DNA of 64,000 nucleotides from Macrostomum lignano (Eukaryota): contig NIVC01000225.1 in the NCBI GenBank assembly GCA_002269645.1, positions 628,146-692,145 on the forward strand, written 5' to 3'. The position numbers and the translations under genes were made by a program. The notes under the pieces were generated by a model that did not search any database, was not told the DNA's origin, and saw only the letters and a list, made by a program, of their open reading frames with translations. Positions 11,208 through 24,140 of the stretch are shown here, one piece after another (positions within the stretch are counted from its first letter, which is position 1; each line of letters begins with the position of its first letter).

Positions 11208-13201
11208 AAAGGCCATTAAAAGAGCATATAACGCCCATTTAAAGAAAGTACCTTCGGCGACTTAGGAGTGCAAATCCTAAACTGAATTCCAGCAAGTGCT
11301 TCTCCACTAAGATTTCAGTAGTGTACAGTAGCATGCATTCACCCGACTTACATGTACAGTGTATATATGCAACTAAGACATCGTGGTATACGTACTACAT
11401 TTGCCGTATATTTTAATGTAGGATACATATATTTGTCAGAGACATCAATAGACGTCGGGAACGCCGGATTGCTGTAACGGGTATAGTAATTTGAAATTTC
11501 GTGGGCGTGCGTGCCGTACATGGGGCTTGAATGCGTGATTCAACGTGCGGGGATTGCATAAAAACCGATCCAAATACATGGAAACAGAGTGAGAAAACCA
11601 CAGCCTATGCAAATAAATTACATCAGCAAGGTAAGCACGTGGGTTGCAGGTTACATAAGGTATGCAGGAAAACGACGGCAAGTTGTTAAAATTTGTGCGT
11701 TGAAGTAGCTTTTTTACCATTTTATATTCCATGCATGTATTCCGCCATTGAACATGCATTTATCCAGACGTGGCGACTAGTAGGGTAGTGAACTAAAACA
11801 AAGCATATTATGACAACGTCATAAATAAGAATAATAAACTAATAGATTCAAATTGAAAAAAAACGATTTTTACATAATCAAATACTAGATTGTGAAGCAC
11901 TTTTTTCAAATTTTTCGCTTTCTATTTTAATCATTTTCCTGCAAATGTCGCAAAATTTTCTAAATTAATTGCACCACTCACTCATTGAATCATAACGCCT
12001 TGAATTGCGTTTTCTGTCTCAACAATCCAGCGAGTACGTGCTTGAATTCATCAACAATATAAACTTGATTAAATTTGAATAAGCTATTGCCTAAGATTCG
12101 ATTTAGCAGATAATATATACAATCGTATAATATAATAGAAAATATTTAGTATAGATGTCTTAAATTTTTTGTTATTGTTAGGCCTAAATCCAAAGGTATA
12201 AACCTATTATTAAATAGGGCCTATAGGTGTTAAACAAGCATTCTAAAATTCTAGCATTCTGGAATCTAGAATCTAGGTTATAGTTCTAGCTATATTTCCA
12301 TTTTCCTGTGTGTTTATGGTTTAAGTGTAGCCTGTAGGCCTTGCCCTAGCCCTAGGCATGTGCCACAGTCAGGAAGGTCACGAAGACAAAGGTGGTAGAT
12401 TTCACACAAAATTGCGGCGCACACAGGATTTTTTTGGTGCACACGGCGCAAATGGTGCAGAAGAAAATTTTTATTGTGATTTGTGCATTGTGTGTGCACA
12501 TACAATGCACAAAACGTCTTACCTAGTAGTACTAGTACAGTCTATACTGTATTAACTTCTTAGTTCACATGTAAAAGATGAAACACAATGACAAACTTGC
12601 TTTTTAAAATTTATAAATTGGCACAAAAAGGTTTTTGAAATTATGGTAACATTATATGTGTACCTAAAAATATTATAACAATCATTGTTTTTTAAACTAA
12701 AAGCAAAAAATTAAAAAACATTAAATTATACACGTGAAAGCATAAATTTTTTGGCGCATGGCGCACAGTTAAAAAATTACAAAGGATTTGTTGCAGCGCA
12801 CATGGCGTGCCTTCCTGACCATGGGGCATATGATATGATACTGATATTAGCCTAGGGCTCGACCTACCTGCCTACTTTGTTTTATTTTTGAAAAAATTCA
12901 CTGGCAACTAGGCCTTAGGCTAGCCTAGACATGATTCCTAAATAGGCATAGGCCTAACATTTTTTTTATTATTGTTAAAATTAGCCCTATTTCATTCAAG
13001 TCATACTCCAAATCATGTAGTTAGTAGTATATGCCCAAAAATTTTGGTGTGCATTGGCCTTGCATGTCAAAATTAGGTATATATACAGTTTGTATGCATC
13101 ACTCCTAAGAAAATAGTATGTGTGCACACCTGGTATGCATTTCATAGAATCACACATAATAGTTATTTTAAAGTAAAAAATGAAAAAAGTTAATTTTTTA
13201 A

Positions 13202-14709
13202 GGGCATTTCCGCCAACTAGGCACTAAGGAAAATTACACTTCAACAAACAGAAAATGATGAATTGTAGCTTAGGCCAGCTAATTGAAGTCAAACAAGGAC
13301 TTAAACTGAAAAATGCAACCACTTTTGCTCAATTTAAAGCTATTTAAAGATTGTTAATCGCAAAATTAATGTTGAATAAACCATTTTAAACTTACGTAGA
13401 CGCCACTTTTTTGGATGTCCAAACACACAATTTTTAACTTCAACATTGAATAAAAGAGTGAAAAAAACATTCTTTATATTAATTCTCTTTGATTCATGAA
13501 AAAAACACATTAAACTTTGTTAAAATCATTCCTTTTCGTCACAACACCTGCAAGAAGTCATTGATTTTTGTCAGTTTTCTTGCTATACCAAAAATTATAA
13601 ACGGTAAGTTTTTGTATCATTTGTACTCATGTTGTACCCTCTCATTTACTCATAAGGCTTTCAATCTACATGTTTTTTAGCTTAAATGAAGGAAAACATC
13701 TTTGCAATGATGTATCAGTATATTTTTTAGCAATAGAATTTGCTTAATACATTTTTCTAAGACATTAATTTTTTTTCGATGTGACATCTTAACCACAAGA
13801 TTGTACTCATGTTGTACCCAATAATTTTTTAGTGCTTTTTATTAGCTGAAAACGATATATTTATGGATTGCTGACATACAGAGCTTCACAAAAAGTGGTC
13901 TGCTGAACCTTAATCTGTCAAAATACCTTAAATATTAACATTTAAATGTAGTAAGCACACTACTTACACGAGATGTATTTTCATGTTGTACCCTTTATTT
14001 TATTTTTTGCTAGTTTTTTCTCAAAATCAGTCTTACAAGACTATCATTAAGTATAAAAGCTGGAAAATAAAACAGTTTCACATTAATTTCTTGTTTATTT
14101 ATCAATAAAAATGTAATTTACATTTTGCACTATAGTATGTAGATATTAATTTACATAGTACTAAATCAATTTTCCCCACATTTACTTGTAATATTGCTTC
14201 AGAAAAACTTTCTCTAGATTGTGGAAGCATATGCATTTCTTGCTGCTTGCAAAGTTGCACTGGAACTTCTGAATAATTACGGTGATCGGCTAGTTACTGA
14301 AAAGTAAAATTAGAGATTTACGTTCGGTATATCGCGCAGAAGAGAAACATTTTGACAAAGTTAAAAAAATATCGTATGAACTTATGCGCAAAATAACAAA
14401 ATCTGAATTAAAAAGTTGATTAAAAGCATTAAGAAACAATTAAAAAATTATTGACTGAAAGAAAATTAATTATAAGCAAGCAATTATGCCTCAATATAAA
14501 ATTTTATTCTCCTACGGTATTAATCGTCTTCTTAGATCAGTATAACTTTTATCGGCAACTTTTTATTGTTACCAGAGAATTTCTTGTGCTTCTACAAGAT
14601 AAAAAAAGAAATTTAATAACAAATTCTAGTTAGATTTCCTGTTTTCAACATTTTTCTTCTTCTTTGCACACTCGGACACAATTTGTGTCCCTATTTGGCG
14701 GAAATGCCC
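13202..14709. mobile_element. Non-autonomous DNA transposon with TTAA TSD (Kolobok-like)
   Basis: 15-bp perfect TIR GGGCATTTCCGCCAA, extending imperfectly to ~22 bp. TTAA on both sides (13198-13201 and 14710-14713). AT-rich non-coding interior containing three TCATGTTGTACCC motifs. Confidence 0.8.
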
Positions 14710-16787
14710 TTAAGCATACCTAAATTTCAAACTTTCCAGTTTTTTCAAGCGTTTAAAAAAGAATTTAAACAAATCTTTGCATGTATCAATTTTTTGCTAT
14801 AAGTAGTATTGCTAAAAAGCATAAAAATCAACCAAATTATCTGCTAATAGGCCTAAGGGTCTATTATGCAATTAAAAAAAGTCATTTATTGTCATAACAT
14901 AAATAAGGTCATTTATTATTGTAACACAGGCATATTTTTAAGAATAGGCATACACTAATTTTTTTGGCATGTACTTGTGATTATTCAATTTTTGTTCAGG
15001 CATGTACCCAGCATGATTGGGACTATGGTCTATGTATTAGCTAAATTTTGACACTGAATTGAATTGTATAATTGTGTTGAGTGTAGAAGCATAAGCATAC
15101 TACTTCATTTATATTGTGTAACCATATTGCTAATTTTAATAGAGACTAATACTGACTTGCCTAAAAAATTGATTATGTTACAACTTCTTTGTGTGACTTT
15201 TACTCTAACTGACTTGGTGTATATTGAATTATAAGTGCTAAATATTCACTTATAACTTCAATAAAAGCTAGCCTAGATGTTAATAATATTAGAATCCGGG
15301 TGGTATACATGTATGACAGATAATTCTAGCATATAAAAGGACCTAGAATGCACTATTGGCATATAACTTGGCATATAGCTTGGCATACAAAGATTGCCAA
15401 GACAGCAAGTAAAACCATACATGCGCAACAAGTTTGGCATAGTATCCATATACATAGTTAAGTTAGAAATGCTAAATTTTGATCAAAAAGCAAGTCCCCT
15501 AGCTATTCCTAAGATAAACAAAAGACAATTTAAAAAAATTGTGAATAACTTTTCTAAGAATTGAAAAGTAAAACAAAAAATAGTTAAAATAAACTAGCTA
15601 AGTTTTTTATTGTTTAGTATTAAATCAACCAGTTTTTACTAATCACTTTTTTAACACTAAAAATTTGCAAGCAATAATTATTATTAATAATTTTTAATTC
15701 TTGTTTTGTCAGATTTTTGTGTCTAATTAAAGTATATTGGCATACATGAGCTAGGCAATTTTTGTTCTGGTATACAATGGTATATGATCCTGACCATAGA
15801 TCTAGTACATCCTAAAAAGCCAAAAACCTTTGCAACTTTCCTTGTAAAAGTAAGTCTTAGGCCTCAAAAGCATAAACAAAGGGTCTACAAAATTGTATAT
15901 TTTTATTATCATTTTTTGTCATAACTAGGCCTAGTTTTTTATAATAAAATAGTAGACATATTTGGCTATCTTCTAGTTTTGGCACATTTAATTATTTTAC
16001 AAAAAATGACTTCCTTAGTTACCTAAATTAAATATAGTAAATATTAAGTATATAGATGTGGCTGTGCAACTATTTTATGTCTATCTACTAGTTTAAGATG
16101 GCTATTGCCTATGTCTACAGCCAAAACCTGCAATCACTCTTTGTTTTTTAAAGAGACCGGGATAAGAGGGACTAGGATTCTGAGAGTTTTCTATGTATTC
16201 ATTGAAAAAAAAATTAAAATTTATTTTACATTAAAATTGCAATGCAAACTTTCAAAAAAAATGAAAATAAGATTCTTGTTTAAAATTTCAGATACATCTA
16301 TTATCTAATAATATAAAAAGGTTGGTTAAAATTGAAAAATTAAAAAATATGTTGGCTATATTTTATAATGAAATTTATGTTAGATTTTACCTTTTGTGTT
16401 CAGTTTTACAAATACAAAAGCCTTTTATACACCAATATTTTTATTAACTAATCTTAATATTTATTTATATAATTATTATACAATACTTGTAGGCTTTTGC
16501 CATTAATACATTTTTAAAGAAATCTAAATATGCTAGTTACTTTTGGGTTATCCTATATAAGCAATGCCATGTTAAGCAAAAAGCAATATAGACTTAGGGT
16601 AAAGGCATTTTAATATTCAAAATGAGAATCTTATATTAGGCTATAGAATACTTGTATAAAAATAGTTAGTATTTGTAGGCATTAGGCTTATTTGATTTTA
16701 GAGGTAAGATAAGATCTTGATCTTATAAATGTTGATCGTAACAGAAATATTATTATTTCAGAAATTCATTACCAATAAAATAAAACA

Positions 16788-16952
16788 ATGTCAACACCAG
16801 ATGATAGCAATTCATGCCTTGTCTGCCGAGAAGAATGTCAATACTATGGCATTGGAGAGTGCAATCATACAGTCTGCGCAAAATGTGCAATTCGATTAAA
16901 AGTAATCTGCAAAGTTGCTGAATGCCCTATCTGTCGGCATAAATCTTCTCAG
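16788..16952 (+). CDS. ZNF598: ZNF598/Hel2 E3 ubiquitin ligase, exon 1 (C3HC4 RING)
   Basis: CLVCREECQYYGIGECNHTVCAKCAIRLKVICKVAECPICR; donor CAG|GTAAAG, phase 0. Confidence 0.9.
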
Positions 16953-17041
16953 GTAAAGATTGGTATAGACGCTCAAAATATGTGCATTCCAAAGCATATT
17001 TAAGCATTTCTATAACTAAGAATCATATTTCCCACTGCCAG

Positions 17042-17278
17042 ATATTGATAACCAAATCGCACAGCAAGTACAACTGCTTTCAAATGGACAAATTTATGTC
17101 TCTGCCAGACGAAGATTTGCTATTCGAAAATCAAGAAGTGCTGACTTATTACACAGATTTGATCAGCTACACGTGTTCTGACTGTGGCCTGCAATGCAAT
17201 TCTATGAGCGCTTTGAAACGCCATGTTAACAATGATCACAAGAAGCGATTTTGTCTGATCTGCGTTGAACATTTGAAG
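17042..17278 (+). CDS. ZNF598: ZNF598 exon 2 (C2H2 finger)
   Basis: Acceptor CTGCCAG|ATA; ...YTCSDCGLQCNSMSALKRHVNNDHKKRFCLICVEHLK; donor AAG|GTAATG, phase 0. Confidence 0.88.
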
Positions 17279-17345
17279 GTAATGTTTGTCCAGTGTTTTA
17301 ATAATGCTTGTCTGTTCAAATTGTCGCCCTCCCAGTGCCATTTAT

Positions 17346-18553
17346 CTAGAAATCGCCCTCGCAGTCCTATCTCTCTTTAGAGATCGCCCCCATAGTTCCA
17401 TTTGTCTTTAGAAATCGCCCTCACAGTACTATATCTCTCTAGAAATTGCCCTCACAGTCCTATCTCTCTCTAGAAATCGCCCTCACAGTCCTTTCTCTCT
17501 CTAGAAATCGCCCTCACAATCCTATCTCTCTCTAGAAATCGCCCTCACAGTCCTATCTCTCTTTAGAGATCGCCCCCATAGTTCCATTTGTCTTTAGAAA
17601 TCGCCCTCACAGTCCTATCTCTCTCTAGAAATCGCCCTCACAGTCCTTTCTCTCTCTAGAAATCGCCCTCACAATCCTATCTCTCTCTAGAAATCGCCCT
17701 CACAGTCCTATCTCTCTTTAGAGATCGCCCCCATAGTTCCATTTGTCTTTAGAAATCTCCCTCCCAGTCCCATCTCTCTTTAGAAATCGCCCTCCGAGTC
17801 CCATCTCTCTCTCTCTCTCTCTAGAAATCGCCCTCACAGTCCCATCTCTCTCTAGAAATTGCCCTCACAGTCCTATCTCTCTCTAGAAATCGCCCTCACA
17901 GTCCTTTCTCTCTCTAGAAATCGCCCTCACAGTCCTTTCTCTCTCTAGAAATCGCCCTCACAATCCTATCTCTCTCTAGAAATCGCCCTCACAGTCCTAT
18001 CTCTCTTTAGAGATCGCCCCCATAGTTCCATTTGTCTTTAGAAATCGCCCTCACAGTCCTATCTCTCTCTAGAAATCGCCCTCACAGTCCTATCTCTCTT
18101 TAGAGATCGCCCCCATAGTTCCATTTGTCTTTAGAAATCTCCCTCCCAGTCCCATCTCTCTTTAGAAATCGCCCTCCGAGTCCCATCTCTCTCTCTCTCT
18201 CTCTAGAAATCGCCCTCACAGTCCCATCTCTCTCTAGAAATTGCCCTCACAGTCCTATCTCTCTCTAGAAATCGCCCTCACAGTCCTTTCTCTCTCTAGA
18301 AATCGCCCTCACAATCCTATCTCTCTCTAGAAATCGCCCTCACAGTCCTATCTCTCTTTAGAGATCGCCCCATAGTTCCATTTGTCTTTAGAAATCTCCC
18401 TCCCAGTCCCATCTCTCTTTAGAAATCGCCCTCCGAGTCCCATCTCTCTCTCTCTCTCTCTCTCTAGAAATCGCCCTCACAGTCCCATCTCTCTCTAGAA
18501 ATCGCCCTCACAGTCCTTTTTGTCTTTAGAAATCGCCCTCCGAGTCCCATCTC
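17346..18553. repeat. ~31-33 bp minisatellite (TAGAAATCGCCCTCACAGTCCTATCTCTCTC) in ZNF598 intron 2
   Basis: Tandem array of two interleaved unit variants. Confidence 0.93.
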
Positions 18554-18602
18554 TTGCAAAAATGCCCCGACAGCCCCGTATGCCAATATTCAATCTATTC
18601 AG

Positions 18603-18885
18603 CTGTTTCCACGCGAGCACGAGCTATTCGACGATGGCTCACTGTCCGAGCACAAACGCTGGCGAGCCGAGCGACCCAATCACGGGCATCCGAAGTGTCA
18701 GATCTGCCAAGAAAGTTTTTACGACGCCGAATTATGGTATAATCATCTTCGTCGGCAGCATTTTATGTGTCACATTTGCGAGAATTTGCCAACGCTTGAA
18801 AGATTTCATCAGCAGCGCACTGTCTATGGCAATTACGAACAGTTGAATAAGCATTTCATCGCTTCTCACTACGTTTGTCAGGAAG
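18603..18885 (+). CDS. ZNF598: ZNF598 exon 3 (C2H2 fingers)
   Basis: LFPREHELF...HGHPKCQICQESFYDAELWYNHLRRQHFMCHICE...YEQLNKHFIASHYVCQE; absent from the ORF track; donor GAAG|GTTAGT, phase 1. Confidence 0.9.
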
Positions 18886-18934
18886 GTTAGTGTTTGATTA
18901 GGTGTCAGTGATAGGTTGCCAGTTCTGTAGAGTT

Positions 18935-19413
18935 TAATTAGGATGCCAGTAGGTTCTAATTAGGATGTCAGTAGGTTCAAATTAGGATGTCCGTAGGTTC
19001 TAATTAGGATGTCAGTAGGTTCTAATTAGGATGTCAGTAGGTTCTAATTAGGATGCCAGTAGATTCTAATTAGGATGTCAGTAGGTTCTAATTTGGATGT
19101 CAGTGGATTCTAATTAGGATGTCAGTAGGTTCTAATTTGGATGTCAGTGGATTCTAATTAGGATGTCAGTAGGTTCTAATTTGGATGTCAGTGGATTCTA
19201 ATTAGGATGTCAGTAGGTTCTAATTAGGATGTTGGTAGGTTCTAATTAGGATGTCAGTAGACTCTAATTAGGATGTCAGTAGATTCTAATTAGGATGTCA
19301 GTAGGTTCTAATTAGGATGTCAGTATGTTCTAATTAGGATGTCAGTAGGTTCTAATTAGGATGTCAGTATGTTCTAATTAGGATGTCAGTAGGTTCTAAT
19401 TAGGATGTCAGTA
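18935..19413. repeat. 22-bp minisatellite (TAATTAGGATGTCAGTAGGTTC) in ZNF598 intron 3
   Basis: About 21 tandem copies. Confidence 0.93.
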
Positions 19414-19531
19414 AATTCTACGAAATTGTTTTCGGATTTATAGTTTAGTGTCAGTAGGCCAACTGATTTGACTGTCAGTAATCTCCTGCCAAGCAACTAA
19501 GCCCGACCGTATTTAACCTATCGAACCCCAG

Positions 19532-19667
19532 GGCCCTGCCAGTCCGACCAGTTCACCAACGTGTTCGCAACCGAGAATGAATTGCGCGCTCACAAAATTA
19601 GCCATCACAGCGGCGTTATGGACAAGGCTCTGCTCAGAGAGACTAGACGGCTTGATGTCGATATCAG
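19532..19667 (+). CDS. ZNF598: ZNF598 exon 4
   Basis: GPCQSDQFTNVFATENELRAHKISHH...RRLDVDI matches the ZNF598 C..EQF...F..E.DL.AH...H pattern; donor AG|GTGAGA, phase 2. Confidence 0.88.
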
Positions 19668-19881
19668 GTGAGAGGCTGGACCAGTTGAGTCCTCTTAAAT
19701 CAGTGGTCGGAAAACTCCGGCTAAACGCCTCTAACCGACCCTCGGGTCCCTTGAAACTTTAAAATAGCCATCCGGCCCTCTCGTCTCCACTCCCCACTCT
19801 GAATCACAGTCATACGCTAGGTTCCTCATCTAGCCTTTGAAGTAAAAAATGTTTGCCGATCCCCCTCTCTTACTTAGACCT

Positions 19882-20289
19882 AGATCCTCAGCTGCTGGGC
19901 CAGCCTCCCAGATCCTCAGCTGCTGGGCCAGCCTCCCAGATCCTCAGTTGCTGGGCCAGCCTCCCAGATCCTCAGCTGCTGGGCCAGCCTCCCAGATCCT
20001 CAGTTGCTGGGCCAGCCTCCCAAATCCTCAGTTGCTGGGCCACCAGCCTCCCAGATCCTCAGTTGCTGGGCCAGCCTCCCAGATCCTCAGTTGCTTGGCC
20101 AGCCTCCCAGAGTGTCAGTTGCTTGGCCAGCCTCCCAGATCCTCAGTTGCTAAGCCAGCCTCCCAGATCCTCAGTTGCTGGACCAGCCTCCCAGATCCTC
20201 AGTTGTTGGGCCAGCCTTTCAGATCCCCATTTGCTGGGCCAGCCTCCCAGATCCTCAGTTGCTGGGCCAGCCTCCCAGATCCTCAGTTG
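19882..20289. repeat. 28-bp minisatellite (CCAGCCTCCCAGATCCTCAGTTGCTGGG) in ZNF598 intron 4
   Basis: About 14 copies; same family as 23667-24140. Confidence 0.93.
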
Positions 20290-20308
20290 GCACCTCCCGC
20301 ACCCGCAG

Positions 20309-22301
20309 GTATCAGCGTCGTGGAGCCTCCGGCGTCAACAGCGGGCCCAGCGGCTCTAGAGGCGGCGGCGGAGGCAGCGGCAGTGGTGTCGGCCCTCCCG
20401 CCACCTCGCACATGCCGACAGCCCGCGAAGCGCTTGACCAACTGGTGTCCCTTGCCCCGGGTGTTCGCGAATTCGCTGCCAACGCTCTCGCCCAGTCGGC
20501 GGCCGCCCAGCGCGAGCTCGACGCGAACGGCTACGCTGAGAATCCCGAAGAGTTTCCCACCCTTACCGGAGAAACTCAAACTAAATTTGTTGGCCGACAA
20601 GCGGCTAAAGCTACTGAGGAAGATTTCCCCAGCTTACCGTCGGCTTCTTCAACTGCCCCGGCTGCGACGGAAGCGAGCAGCCAACAGCAGCAGCAGCAGC
20701 AGGTTCCGCCCCCACCGGTGTACAGCGGCCCAAGGCGAATGCCAGCCGCGATTCCATTCACCAGCCTGGTGTCCGGCAATAATGCCCCACCATCCTCTGC
20801 CGCTAATCTAGAGGAGGAATATCCCACGCTAGGTCGGCCGGTAGGCTCTGCTAGCGCCGCCTCTAACTCAATCTGGGGCCCGCCATCGGCTACTAGCAGT
20901 AGTAGCGCTAGCAAACCAAATATCAGTAGTAATGCCAATAAAAAGGTTAAGAAGCCGCCGCCGTCAACTAGCAGCGCTAATGACTTCCCGTCGCTGCCGC
21001 AACCGTCTGGTCCGCCGCCGCAGCCGTCGGCCGTTGCTAAGCCGACGCCTAAGCCGCGGACGAGGCCCCCTACAGCGCCGCCCCAGCCGCAAAAGCCGAC
21101 AGCGGCTCCCGAGGCTTCCAAGCAGCAACAGCAGCCACCGCCGCCGCCCCCAGATCCTGTCGAGTATCGACCAGCCCCGAATCTTCGCTATCAGCAACTT
21201 GGCAGCGGCGGCGGCGGAGCTGCGTCGGTGGCGCTCCAACCAGACGAGCCGACAGTCTACCGGCCAATGAATTCCATTGCCTGCGCATCTTTCGACTCGC
21301 TGCATCAGCAGCAGCCAGCGCAGCAGAAAAAGCAAGAGAAGTTCTCTTTAGTTGAAGATTTTCCTGGACTGCCGGCTCCGGCCTCTTCCGCTCCGATGGC
21401 TTCTAGGAACAATAACACTACTAAGAGTAGCAACAGCGCAAAGAATCGTTTCGCCGCTTTAAACGATTCGTCCCCTATTGATTTTGTGGGTGATGGCGAT
21501 GACTGGTCGGAATGGCCGGCAGCTGTCAGTCAGCAAAAGCAACAACAACAGCAACAGCAGAAGTCTCTAAATTCCAAGCAGAAGTCTACCGCGGGGGCTG
21601 CCTTCTCCGGGCAGATGGACGATTTCCCGACTCTTGGGGGTCCGTCCTCTTCTTCAGGTGCTTCAGCTGCTCCCGTGTGGCGCAAAGATGGCCGCTCGCA
21701 GCCCAAGCAGCAGCAGCAGCAGGAAAAATATTTTGCTCCTTCCACGCCTCTCGGATTAAGTGCCTCAGCGCAGTCTGTAGCCGGCGGGAAAAAGCAGAAA
21801 AAGAAACAACAGAAACAGCAACAGGAAAAGAAACAATTAGAGTTGCAGTCGGATTCTACTGCAAGCCAGCAGCAGCAGCAGCAGCAACAACCGCCGCCTA
21901 GAAATGCCTCTTGGTGCGATCTGCTTGTGCGCGAGCAGTACACCTACTCGCCACCGGAAGGGCTCCTTCAGAGACAGGGTCAACTATTGGAACGCTTGCA
22001 AGCCTGTCTGGCTGACCAAGAAAAGTTTACTAGCTTTGCTAAAGCTTCATCAGAGTACCTGCAAGGCCAATTAGAGCCTGAGCAGTTTCTCAGCAAAGCC
22101 GTCAATCTGCTTGGCGGGAAACAGTGGCGACTGATAGCTGCGGATTTGATCAGCACCCTGCCTAGCATTAGCAGGCAGAGAGACTTGCGCAAACGGTTGC
22201 CGGATGAATTGCGCTCGGCGTTGGCTGTGTGCGACACCTGCGCCCAGACTCTGCTGCCCGAAGATCTTGACGGGCATCGGTGCATGCAGATTGAAGAGTA
22301 G
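20309..22301 (+). CDS. ZNF598: ZNF598 exon 5 (low-complexity linker, helical C-terminal domain, terminal Zn finger)
   Basis: Acceptor CCCGCAG|G, phase 2. C-terminus FTSFAKASSEYLQGQL...LISTLPSISRQRDL...CDTCAQTLLPEDLDGH. Spliced CDS is 2814 nt, 937 aa. Confidence 0.88.
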
Positions 22302-22460
22302 CTAGAGGGAACTGTTATTGATTTGCACCCTATGCGTGCTTGTGTGCTAGGTGTTGGCGTGTGGTTATTCAATTACACTGGTGAGCAATGAGCACTGGCA
22401 CTGTGCATTCAGTGCCTTGCAATCTCTTTCCTAGCAGCGACAGGTATTGTGGCAGAGTTG

Positions 22461-23024
22461 CAGGCACTAGGGTAGAGTCACAGATACTAGGGTAGAGTGA
22501 CAGGCACTAGGGTAAAGTGGCAGGCACTAGGGTAAAGTGACAGGCACTAGGGTAAAGTGACAGGCACTAGGGTAGAGTGACAGGCACTAGGGTAGAGTGA
22601 CAGGCACTAGGGTAGAGTGACAGGCACTAGGGTAGAGTGACAGGCACTAGGGTAGAGTGACAGGCACTAGGGTAGAGTGATAGGCATTAGGATAGAGTGA
22701 CAGATACTAGGGTAGAGTCACAGGCACTAGGGTAGAGTGATAGGCACTAGGGTAGAGTCAAGTGATATACTGTGGTAGAGTCACAGACACTAGGGTAGAG
22801 TCGCAGACACTAGGGTAGAGTCACAGATACTAGGGTAGAGTCATAGACACTAGTGTAGAGTCACAGACACTAGGGTAGAGTCACAGACACTAGGGTAGAC
22901 TCACAGACTCTAGGGTAGAGTCACAGGCACTAGGGTAGAGTGATAGGCACTAGGGTAGAGTCAAGTGATATACTGTGGTAGAGTCACAGACACTAGTGTA
23001 GAGTCACAGACACTAGGGTAGAGT
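22461..23024. repeat. 20-bp minisatellite (CAGGCACTAGGGTAGAGTGA / CAGACACTAGGGTAGAGTCA)
   Basis: About 27 tandem copies just 3' of ZNF598. Confidence 0.92.
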
Positions 23025-23666
23025 AGCTCATAGACAGCCAGGCAAGCAGACACTGTCATGCCCCTATGAGTATGATGGAGTAATGATTTCATAACACAGT
23101 GCATACAGCATACCTGCAGATAAACCCTGATTGCTAGGAAAGTTAAAAAAACACCAGTTATCGCGTTTTTTAATCTTATAATATTTTTGTTTAGCTTCTA
23201 CATTATTTGTACTCTACTATTTTAAAACTGACTTCGGTTGAGACCTTCTGACCACAATTAGAGGTTTTAGTAACTTGTAAGCTTAAAAGTAATAAATTTC
23301 TTAAAAGCCTTAATTGTTTTGTTGTATTCCACTATTTGAAAAACTGCCATTTTTTAATAATATAGTTCTCCGTGAACAAAAAGATGATAAAATTTCAACT
23401 AAACTAATTAGAGGTTTTCAGAAAGTTTTCGTTCTATTTCATATGAAAGCTTTAAGTAAACTATGACATTGATAAGCAACTTTGGTTCATGAATATTAAT
23501 ATGCAACCATGAATTTTTGGGGTCGATTATTGCACCTTTATTTCCAAATGTACTTTTGTTGTCGAAGAATTCCATTCTAATTTTATCTTGCGATTCATGT
23601 CGAGATATTTTTGGTGCGAACTTCATTACGAACTATATCACTTAGTTTACATTGATATCACATGAG

Positions 23667-24140
23667 AGCCTCCCAGATCCTCAGTTGCTGGGCCAGCCTC
23701 CCAGATCCTCAGTTGCTGGGCCAGCCTCCCAGATCCTCAGTTGCTGGGCCAGCCTCCCAGATCCTCAGTTGCTAAGCCAGCCTCCCAGATCCTCTGTTGC
23801 TGGGCCAGCCTCCCAAAGTGTCAGTTGCTGGGCCAGCCTCCCAGATCCTCTGTTGCTGGGCCAGCCTCCCAGAGTGTCAGTTGCAGGGCCAGCCTCCCAG
23901 ATCCTCTGTTGCTGGGCCAGCCTCCCAGAGTGTCAGTTGCTGGGCCAGCCTCCCAGATCCTCAGTTGCTGGGCCAGCCTCCCAGATCCTCAATTGCAGGG
24001 CCAGCCTCCCAGATCCTCAGTTGCTGGGCCAGCCTCCCAGATCCTCAGTTGCTGAGCCAGCCTCCCAGATCCTCAGTTGCTGGGCCAGCCTCCCAGATCC
24101 TCAGTTGCTGGGCCAGCCTCCCGGATCCTCAGTTGCTGGG
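23667..24140. repeat. Second array of the 28-bp minisatellite
   Basis: Same unit and orientation as the ZNF598 intron-4 array. Confidence 0.93.

Noticed and set aside
10621-11238. Leu/Ser/Pro-rich minus-strand ORFs, and similar ones at 37.8-39.1 kb and 61-63.7 kb
   Set aside because: Translations of purine/pyrimidine-biased or minisatellite DNA.
12364-12823. Possible hAT-like MITE (CACAGTCAGGAAGG...CCTTCCTGACCATG) with internal GCGCACA motifs
   Set aside because: The inverted repeat is imperfect and there is no 8-bp TSD; too weak to call.
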